The translations under genes and the position numbers were made by a program. DNA of 64,000 bases, from positions 7,518 through 71,517 of the forward strand of contig JAVJQW010000027.1 in NCBI GenBank assembly GCA_040218735.1, read 5' to 3'. Origin of the DNA: Deltaproteobacteria bacterium. GTDB taxonomy: Bacteria > Myxococcota > Kuafuiibacteriia > Kuafuiibacteriales > Kuafuiibacteriaceae. Numbering within the stretch: the first letter of the stretch is position 1; the number at the start of each line of letters is the position of its first letter. The notes under the pieces are model-generated. The model saw nothing but the letters and a program-made list of their open reading frames with translations, was not told where the DNA came from and did no database searches. Below, piece after piece: positions 24,992 through 34,937 of this stretch.

Positions 24992-25603
24992 ATGTGGGCC
25001 GTCATGGTCCGTTTCGATCCCCAGGCCACGTTCCAGCGCGTCTTCGGACCGCGCGACGCCCAGTCCACCGCCCAGTCGGCATCGACCCGGCCGTCCCAGG
25101 GCGCCGACGGCTTCGACAAGACGAGCTCGGGTCCCAAGACCGTGTGGGGCCAGATCTGGAGCTTCCTCGGCAACGTCGTCCAGCGTGGCCGGATGCTGCT
25201 GTCGAGCTTCGCGAGCCTGTTCGCGGCCGACCGCGGCAGCCAGATGCCGAAGGAGAACCCGTCGGTCGCCGCCGCCCAGATCGGCGCCGTCCGCGGCCGG
25301 GTGGTCTCCAAGGGCGCGACGCTCGCCGGGCACGTGATGGACGCGCAGGCCAAGTACGCCGACGCGAAGCGCGTCGCGACGACCTCGATCGCCTACGCCT
25401 CACACGCCGGCGTCCCGAAGCCGATCGTCGCGCTCGCGGAAGCCGACGTCGCGTCGCTCGACGGGCGCGCGGATCAGATCTTCGAGAACATCGGTAACCG
25501 GCACCGCAGCAGCCAGAGCCGCCGCAACCAGCGCGCGAAGCTCGACGACGTCATCGGGGAGCTGCACGCGATCGCTCAGCGCATGGACGCCGCCGGCGCG
25601 TAG
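24992..25603 (+). CDS. Hypothetical protein
   Basis: High third-position GC in this frame. No recognisable motif. Confidence 0.5.
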   Translation: MWAVMVRFDPQATFQRVFGPRDAQSTAQSASTRPSQGADGFDKTSSGPKTVWGQIWSFLGNVVQRGRMLLSSFASLFAADRGSQMPKENPSVAAAQIGAVRGRVVSKGATLAGHVMDAQAKYADAKRVATTSIAYASHAGVPKPIVALAEADVASLDGRADQIFENIGNRHRSSQSRRNQRAKLDDVIGELHAIAQRMDAAGA

Positions 25604-25615
25604 CGCGGCGAACCG

Positions 25616-26641
25616 TTAGAGCCCCGCGTCGCGCCAGCGAAGCATTCCGCCGGCCATCGAGGCGACGTGGGCGAAGCCGGCCTCCTCCATCGTGCGCGCG
25701 GCTTTTCCGGAGCGACCGCCCGATCTGCAGATCGTGATGATGGGCGCCTGACGATCCCACGCGCCGAGGTGATCACTCAGCTCGGGGAGCGGTACGAGCT
25801 CGGTGCGCGCGATGTGGCCGAGCTCGCCTTCGTACTCGTCCTTGGTGCGGACGTCGATCAGGCGCACCCCATCCGGGACGTCGGCGATCGCGCGGATGGA
25901 GACCTCAGGGACCTCGTCGGCGGTTCGGGCGACCGACGCCCAGTCGTCGTTCGTCATCCCGCACAGGAGGTTGCGCGGGACGGCGACGTCGATGCGCTTG
26001 GGATGCGCGAGGTTCAGGTTGTTCATGATGTCCACGAACTCGTCCTGGTCGTTCTCCATCTTGAGTCGCGGGTTGTGCTGTTTCTCTTCGGCGACCGTCG
26101 TCACCGTGCGGCCCTTGTAGTCGTGGCCGGGGTGCAGCTGCGCGTCGTCCGCGAGTGTGAAGATCTTCCCGCGCACGGACTCGAAGAGTGTGTTCGCGCA
26201 GCCCTGCTGGAAGTCGGTGCGACCGCAGCCGCGGATGAGGAGCGTGTCGCCGGTGAAGGCGTGTTTCAGATCGTCGGTGATGTACGTGACGCAGCCGTCG
26301 GTGTGGCCCGGTGTCGCGCGGACGATGAGGCGGTGCGCGCCGAAGGTGATTTCGTCGCCGTCGTCGACCTCCACGTCAGCGTTCTTCGTGCCGCCCGCGC
26401 GGGACACGACGTACTTACTGTCGCGACGCACGCGAAGGACGCCGCCGCCCGTGACGTGGTCGGCGTGAACGTGGGTCTCGAGCGTATACTTCAACGTGAG
26501 ACCGAGCTCGTCGAGGATGGCCTCGTCGCGAGCGACCTGCTCCAACACGGGATCGATCAACACGGCTTCGCGCGTGTTTTCGTCGGCGAGCAGGTACGTG
26601 TAGGTAGAGGTCTCTTTGTCGAAGAGTTGACGGAACAACAT
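25616..26641 (-). CDS. Persulfide dioxygenase (ETHE1-like MBL fold) fused to a rhodanese domain
   Basis: Canonical N-terminus 'MLFRQLFDKETSTYTYLL'. Metal motif 'HVHADHVTGG'. C-terminal rhodanese active-site loop 'ITICRSGGRSGKAA'. Confidence 0.85.
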   Translation of the reverse strand: MLFRQLFDKETSTYTYLLADENTREAVLIDPVLEQVARDEAILDELGLTLKYTLETHVHADHVTGGGVLRVRRDSKYVVSRAGGTKNADVEVDDGDEITFGAHRLIVRATPGHTDGCVTYITDDLKHAFTGDTLLIRGCGRTDFQQGCANTLFESVRGKIFTLADDAQLHPGHDYKGRTVTTVAEEKQHNPRLKMENDQDEFVDIMNNLNLAHPKRIDVAVPRNLLCGMTNDDWASVARTADEVPEVSIRAIADVPDGVRLIDVRTKDEYEGELGHIARTELVPLPELSDHLGAWDRQAPIITICRSGGRSGKAARTMEEAGFAHVASMAGGMLRWRDAGL

Positions 26642-26739
26642 CACCCTCGACAAGAGCAACCGCCGGGCCAGGTGCCGCGCTTGTGTTGTGCTGGGCTTTC
26701 CTGGCCATCCGTATTATTCGGTTTCAGCGGATCCGAAAC

Positions 26740-27702
26740 ATGCCGAAACGTCCCGACTGCCGACCGACGAACTTCCACGGGCTCCTCACCTGCGCGCCCG
26801 AGATGGAGGCGTTCTTCGCGTTGCTGCAGCGCGTCGCACGGAGTCAGGCGTCGGTCCTCGTACGCGGTGAGACGGGCACGGGCAAAGAGCTCGTCGCGCG
26901 CACGATTCACACCCTCAGCCGCCGCTCGGGCGGCCCGTTCCTCGCGGTGAACTGCGCGACGTTCACCCCCGAGCTGCTCGCGTCCGAGCTCTTCGGTCAC
27001 GTGCGTGGCGCGTTCACCGGCGCGGTGCAGAACCGCCAGGGCCTCTTCGCGCTCGCCGACGGCGGGACGCTCTTCCTCGACGAGGTCGCGGAGATGCCGC
27101 TCGATCTGCAAGCGCGTTTGCTGCGTGTGCTCGAAGAAAAGGCGTTCGTCCCCGTCGGCGGGTCGGAGCGCCACGACGTCGACGTACGTATCCTCGCCGC
27201 GACGCACAAGTCACTGCGCCGCGAGGTGCACGGCGGACGCTTCCGCGAGGACCTCATGTTCCGCATCCGCGTGGTGCCGCTGTTCGTCCCGCGCCTCACG
27301 GACCGCACCGGCGACATCGAAGCGTTGATGTGGCACTTCGTCGAAGAGCTCAACGATCGCGAGGACCGTCAGGTCGATACGGTCTCACCCGCGGCGATGA
27401 CCGCGCTCCTCGGGCACGAGTGGCCGGGCAACGTGCGTGAGCTCCGCAACGTGATCGAGTACGCGTTCATCGTCGGCGACGGCCGCACGATCGAGCTCGA
27501 AGACCTCACCCCCGAGCTCCGCGGAGAGGCGCCGCCGGGCGCCGAAGACGAGGACGCATTGGACCTCAAGGAGATCGAGCGTCGGTCGATCCTCGAGGCC
27601 TTGAACAAGACGGGCGGTCGCAAGGCGGAGGCCGCGGAGCTGCTGCAGATGAGCCGCACGACGCTCTGGCGGAAGCTCAAAGAGCACCGCCTGATCGAGT
27701 GA
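26740..27702 (+). CDS. Sigma-54-dependent activator (AAA+ + Fis-type HTH) lacking an N-terminal sensor domain
   Basis: Walker A 'GETGTGKELVA', intact 'GAFTGA' loop, Walker B 'GGTLFLDEV', HTH 'AAELLQMSRTTLWRKLKEH'. Only ~20 aa (MPKRPDCRPTNFHGLLTCAPEM) precede the AAA+ core. Confidence 0.85.
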   Translation: MPKRPDCRPTNFHGLLTCAPEMEAFFALLQRVARSQASVLVRGETGTGKELVARTIHTLSRRSGGPFLAVNCATFTPELLASELFGHVRGAFTGAVQNRQGLFALADGGTLFLDEVAEMPLDLQARLLRVLEEKAFVPVGGSERHDVDVRILAATHKSLRREVHGGRFREDLMFRIRVVPLFVPRLTDRTGDIEALMWHFVEELNDREDRQVDTVSPAAMTALLGHEWPGNVRELRNVIEYAFIVGDGRTIELEDLTPELRGEAPPGAEDEDALDLKEIERRSILEALNKTGGRKAEAAELLQMSRTTLWRKLKEHRLIE

Positions 27703-27707
27703 CTGCC

Positions 27708-27899
27708 ATGAGACGTGCTGCTGTCCTGTTACTGCTGTTGTGCGGCTGCCCTGACCTCGAGCCGTCGAAGGTCTCGGCGACGTGCACGAAGGCGTTCGAC
27801 AAGTGCAAGCTCGCGAACGGGCCGCTCGGGGTGTGTCAGGAGATCGAGTGCAAGGCCGGCGAGAAGAAGCCGTGCCTGAAGTGTGTCTCTCAGCACTGA
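27708..27899 (+). CDS. Small Cys-rich lipoprotein
   Basis: 'MRRAAVLLLLLCGC' lipobox. Eight Cys from the lipobox Cys onward, in a mature part of about 50 aa. It starts 6 nt after (or, via the GTG at 27699, overlapping) the activator stop. Confidence 0.5.
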   Translation: MRRAAVLLLLLCGCPDLEPSKVSATCTKAFDKCKLANGPLGVCQEIECKAGEKKPCLKCVSQH

Positions 27900-28737
27900 G
27901 CGTGCTGCATCGCGGCCAACGTCCGCTCGGTGCGCGCGAGGCGACCGAGCCACGGCGCGGCGTACACGTCGGGCACGCCGCTCAGGTGTTCGCGGAGCTC
28001 GTCGACTTCCGCACCGAGCGCCGTCAGCAGCGCCGGGAGTGCGTCGCGATCCGCGGCGGAGTGCATCAAGTTCTCCAGCATCAACGCGCGCTCGCCGAAC
28101 CCATGTGACGACGACACCCCGCGCGCGAAGCGCGTGACGTCGAAGCGCGAGATCCACAACCCGCACGCCGCGGGGCGGCACAGGTGGCCTGCGATGTCGC
28201 GCAGGCTCGTCTTTCGGTCTTCGAGATCGATCGAAACCTCCGCGACCGGCGCGCCGCCGCGGTGTGGGCCGAGCGTCGCGCGGTGCTCGAGCAACACGCC
28301 GAGCAACGTCGACGCCGCAATGTCGTACGGCGCGAAACCGCGGAGCGCGTGTGCGAACAGCGGAACCCAACCGAGGAGGTGCACGTCCAGCATCACGCGC
28401 TGCGCCGACGCTGCGCCCGCGCACGTCGACGCGAGCGCACGGAGCTGCACCGCGAGGTGATCCGGCGCCGGCCCCGTCACGTCGTACGCGAACCCGAGGC
28501 GTGCGTACGTGTCGACGACCCGCTGCGAGACCTCGCCGCCGACCACACCCTCCGGATCCACGAACACACTCTCGTGCGGCGGCACGGCGAGCCCGAGCGC
28601 CTCGTAGTGCGCGCCGGGCTCGTGTTTCACGGCGACGCCGAGGAGCGCCGACATGCGCGCCTCGTCGTCGGCCGGGACGCCGTGCTCGAACAGATCCGCG
28701 AGCACCGAATAGGCGACCGCATAGGTAGATGACGTCG

Positions 28738-28741
<4 letters not shown>
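27890..28741 (-). CDS. TorD/DmsD-like molybdoenzyme maturation chaperone
   Basis: The internal ATG overlaps the stop of the molybdoenzyme gene (ATGA at 28738-28741). It is an all-helical ~283-aa protein. 'YSVLADLFEHG ... LGLAVPPHESVFV ... PDHLAVQLRAL' resembles the TorD family (by eye). Confidence 0.6.
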
Positions 28742-31602
<2,861 letters not shown>

Positions 31603-31613
31603 TCTCGTGACTC

Positions 31614-33197
31614 CTAGCTGTTCGGGACGTCCTGCGGCGCCATCACAAAAGCGTGCTCGTAGCAGTACAGACCCACCAGCGCGAGCAGCGCGGGCAGCAC
31701 CGGGACGCCGAAGTACAGCACCCCGAACGCGGCGACGTGCCCGACGAGGATGCTGCCGACCCAGAAGTAGTTCTTGTACCGACCGTGCGTGATGTCGTGC
31801 GCGGCGCGCGCCGCAACTTCACTTGCGTGGGGCATCCCGATCTCGCCGAGGATCATCACGCCGAGGTCGATCGCGATGCTCCACAGCGCGACGGTGCGCG
31901 CGAGCTCCGCGATCGCGCCGCTGATGGGGAAGACGTTGCCCGACGCGGCGAGGAACACTGCACCGGCCATCGTGGCCTGGATGACGAGGTGAATCGGGAG
32001 GAGCGGGCTCTGCCAGAGATCGCGACCCTCCGCCTGGCCGAAGAGGAACGCGGTGTACGACGCGACGCCGATCGCGAGCGGCGACGCCGCGAGCAGGATC
32101 CACGGCCGCGCCGCGGCGAGCGTGGCGTCCGGGACCATCCCGAAGAGGTTGCCCAGCTCGATACCCATCCAGCCGGTCACCACGATTGAGAACGCGATCA
32201 GGATAAACGCGCCGCGCGTCAGCCAACTCTTCCACTGCGGCGTGAGGATGATGCGCAGGAAGCGCCCCGGCTTCTCGAGGTCACCCACGAGCAGCACCGT
32301 CGTGATCAGCGTGAACACCACCGCAGTGGCGCTCGCGAAGACCCCGGTCGTCGCGCTCAGCTCCATGCCCATCCACAGCGCCAGCGCGAAGACCAACGCG
32401 ACGCCGGCCGCGATGCCCTTGGTGACGAGGTACGCGGGCACCTGCCAGTGCCAGGGCACCTCGTGCTGCGCGTTGTACGAGACCTGCACCATGTGCTCGG
32501 AGACGCGCCCGCCGATCTGGATCGGACCCGCCGCCGGCAGCCCCTGCGTCGAGTGCGACTGATCCGCGCGGATGTTCTCACCGTGCAGCGGCTTCACGTC
32601 GGCCCACATGAACGTCTCGGGGGTGCGCTCGGTCGCCGTCGGGTGCAGCGCGATGTCGCCGCCCTCGATGTAGAACAACTTCGGCCCCGTCCCCTGCTCG
32701 GGTTTACGGACCGTGACCTTCTCGTTGTGGACGATCTTCGAGATCTCGGAGTGAGGGTCGTCCAAGTCGCCCGCGATGATCGCGTGTTCTGGGCACACGA
32801 CCACGCACGCCGGCTCGAGCCCGATGTCCGTCCGGTGCGCGCAGTAGTGACACTTCGCGGCCGTACTCGTCTCCGGGTCGATGTGGATCGCGTCGTACGG
32901 ACACGCCTGCAGGCACGCCTTGCACCCGATGCAGCGACGGCTGTCGAAGTCGACGATGCCGTCCTCGCGTTGATACATCGCCGTGACCGGGCAGATGCGC
33001 ACGCAAGGTGGGTTGCTACAGTGGTTGCAACGCGTGACCTGGAAGTGGCGACGGTTGTCCGGGAACGTGCCCGTCTCGGTGTACTTGACCCAGGTCCTGT
33101 ACACGCCGAGAGGGACGTCGTTCTCGCTCTTACAAGCCGTCGAGCACGCGTGGCAGCCGATACAGGATCGGTTGTCGATGACGAACCCGAAGTTCAC
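31614..33197 (-). CDS. Fused 4x[4Fe-4S] ferredoxin subunit + NrfD/PsrC-type membrane quinone-interacting subunit
   Basis: 'CIGCHACSTACKSEN', 'CNHCSNPPCVRICP', 'CIGCKACLQACPYDA' and 'CHYCAHR..CVVVCP', followed by ~8 TM helices in the same polypeptide. GTG start. Confidence 0.85.
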   Translation of the reverse strand: MNFGFVIDNRSCIGCHACSTACKSENDVPLGVYRTWVKYTETGTFPDNRRHFQVTRCNHCSNPPCVRICPVTAMYQREDGIVDFDSRRCIGCKACLQACPYDAIHIDPETSTAAKCHYCAHRTDIGLEPACVVVCPEHAIIAGDLDDPHSEISKIVHNEKVTVRKPEQGTGPKLFYIEGGDIALHPTATERTPETFMWADVKPLHGENIRADQSHSTQGLPAAGPIQIGGRVSEHMVQVSYNAQHEVPWHWQVPAYLVTKGIAAGVALVFALALWMGMELSATTGVFASATAVVFTLITTVLLVGDLEKPGRFLRIILTPQWKSWLTRGAFILIAFSIVVTGWMGIELGNLFGMVPDATLAAARPWILLAASPLAIGVASYTAFLFGQAEGRDLWQSPLLPIHLVIQATMAGAVFLAASGNVFPISGAIAELARTVALWSIAIDLGVMILGEIGMPHASEVAARAAHDITHGRYKNYFWVGSILVGHVAAFGVLYFGVPVLPALLALVGLYCYEHAFVMAPQDVPNS

Positions 33198-33397
33198 GGA
33201 CGCGGGGATAGCAAGAGGTAGGCCTGTCCGCTAGCCGGCCTCCGGACGGTGTGCGCGCCGCAGCATGTTTCATTCGGTTTCGTGCGGTCGGAACGGATCG
33301 CGTTGCGTCGACGCCGTCCGGTGAACAACGGGACGGATTTCGGTGCGGCGACGGTGCCTTGCTGCGCTGGTACGCGCCGTGAAGTCACGACCGAGCC

Positions 33398-33823
33398 ATG
33401 GAGAACTTCACGCCCGTCACGTCGTTGGTCGGGGGCATCCTGATCGGCCTCGCGAGCTTCGGCCTCTTGGCCTTCAACGGACGCATCGCCGGTATCAGCG
33501 GCATCACCGGCGCGTTGCTCGCGCCCAAGGCCGGCGACGTCGGCTGGCGCCTCGCCTTCTTCTTCGGCCTCGTGCTCGGCGGCATCGTCATGGGCGCGCT
33601 TCAACCGCAGTGGTTCGAGTACGGCCTCGACCGATCCGTCGCGACCGTCGCCATCGCCGGTCTCGTCGTGGGATTCGGGACGCGCCTCGGGAGCGGGTGC
33701 ACGAGCGGCCACGGCGTATGCGGAATCAGTCGCCTCTCGGTCCGGTCGATCGTCGCCACGGTGACGTTCATGGCGACCGGCGCCATCACCGTCTTCCTGT
33801 TCCGAACGTGGGGTGCATCGTGA
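33398..33823 (+). CDS. YeeE/YedE-family sulfur-compound transport protein (half-size)
   Basis: '[23 protein letters not shown]' signature, 4 TM helices. Confidence 0.8.
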   Translation: MENFTPVTSLVGGILIGLASFGLLAFNGRIAGISGITGALLAPKAGDVGWRLAFFFGLVLGGIVMGALQPQWFEYGLDRSVATVAIAGLVVGFGTRLGSGCTSGHGVCGISRLSVRSIVATVTFMATGAITVFLFRTWGAS

Positions 33824-34266
33824 AAGAGATCATCGTCAGTCTGGTGTCCGGCTTCACCTTCGCGGTGGGCCTCGCCGTCTCCGGCATGACGCAGCCGACC
33901 AAGGTCGTCGGCTTCCTCGACTTCCTCGGCGACTGGGATCCGAGCCTCGCGTTCGTCATGGGCGGCGCGATCGCCGTGTACCTCCCGCTGTTCCGGTGGG
34001 TCCGCAACCGCGAGCGCGCGTTCCTCGGCGCCAAGTTCCTGATCCCCACGCGCAAGGACCTCTCCCCGCGGCTCATCGCGGGCTCCGCGCTGTTCGGCAT
34101 CGGCTGGGGACTCGCGGGCTTCTGTCCGGGCCCCGCGATCGTCGCCGCATCCTCGCGCATGTCGATGGGGCTGATCTTCTTCGTCGCGATGGTCACCGGC
34201 ATGCTCTTGTTCCGCGCGTTCGAATTTGCTTCGCAGCCGGCCCCCGCTCCTGTGAAGTCCTCCTGA
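33820..34266 (+). CDS. YeeE/YedE-family partner protein (second half)
   Basis: GTGA overlap with the upstream stop. '[16 protein letters not shown]' signature, 4 TM helices. Confidence 0.75.
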   Translation: MKEIIVSLVSGFTFAVGLAVSGMTQPTKVVGFLDFLGDWDPSLAFVMGGAIAVYLPLFRWVRNRERAFLGAKFLIPTRKDLSPRLIAGSALFGIGWGLAGFCPGPAIVAASSRMSMGLIFFVAMVTGMLLFRAFEFASQPAPAPVKSS

Positions 34267-34267
34267 G

Positions 34268-34885
34268 ATGTCCTGGCTCGTCGCTCCGCTCTACGACCGC
34301 ATCATGCGTGGGACGGAGGCGGCGTGTCTGGCCGCGTGGCGCGCGGAGCTCCTCGCCGACCTCGAAGGAGACGTCCTGGAGATCGGCGCGGGCACCGGCG
34401 CGAACATCGCGCACTACGGTCCACGCGTGGAGCGCGTGCGTTACTTCGAACCAGACCCGCACATGGCGCGTCAGCTGAAGACGAAGCTCGCCGCGGATCC
34501 GAAACGCGGTGCGTCGGACGAAGTCGTCGAGGACCTCGCCGCCGTCGCCGACGAAAGCCACGACGCCGTCGTCTCCACGCTCGTGCTCTGCACCGTCCCC
34601 GATCCGACGGCGACGCTCGCCCACGTGCGGCGGGTGCTCGCGCCGCACGGCCGGTTCGTATTCCTCGAACACGTCGCGGCGCACGAGCACCCCGAGCGCC
34701 TCGCGTGGCAGCGCCGCCTCGAGCCGCTGTGGAAGCGGGTCGCGGGCGGTTGCCACCTCACCCGCGAGACGGCGCAGACGATCGCGGACGCCGGGTTCAC
34801 GCTGGAGCAGCTGCAGCGCGAATCGATGCGTAAGGCCGTACCCTGGGTCCGCCCCACGGTGCGCGGCGTCGCCATCGTCCGTTAG
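34268..34885 (+). CDS. Class I SAM-dependent methyltransferase
   Basis: Motif I 'VLEIGAGTGANI', and 'DAVVSTLVLCTVPD', 'GRFVFLEH'. The start lies 1 nt after the upstream stop. Confidence 0.8.
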   Translation: MSWLVAPLYDRIMRGTEAACLAAWRAELLADLEGDVLEIGAGTGANIAHYGPRVERVRYFEPDPHMARQLKTKLAADPKRGASDEVVEDLAAVADESHDAVVSTLVLCTVPDPTATLAHVRRVLAPHGRFVFLEHVAAHEHPERLAWQRRLEPLWKRVAGGCHLTRETAQTIADAGFTLEQLQRESMRKAVPWVRPTVRGVAIVR

Positions 34886-34937
34886 GCATCCGATAGGCAC
34901 TGGCCCTCGGCCCCGGCGGGACGGATACTGGATCGGC

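Noticed and set aside
33198-33397. The largest intergenic regions (33198-33397, 43879-44061, 10111-10276, 54351-54510) checked for tRNA or small RNA genes and mobile-element ends
   Set aside because: There is no cloverleaf-compatible GTTCGAATC-type T-arm and no terminal inverted repeats. No transposase, integrase or phage genes occur anywhere in the window. These regions are treated as promoter spacers.
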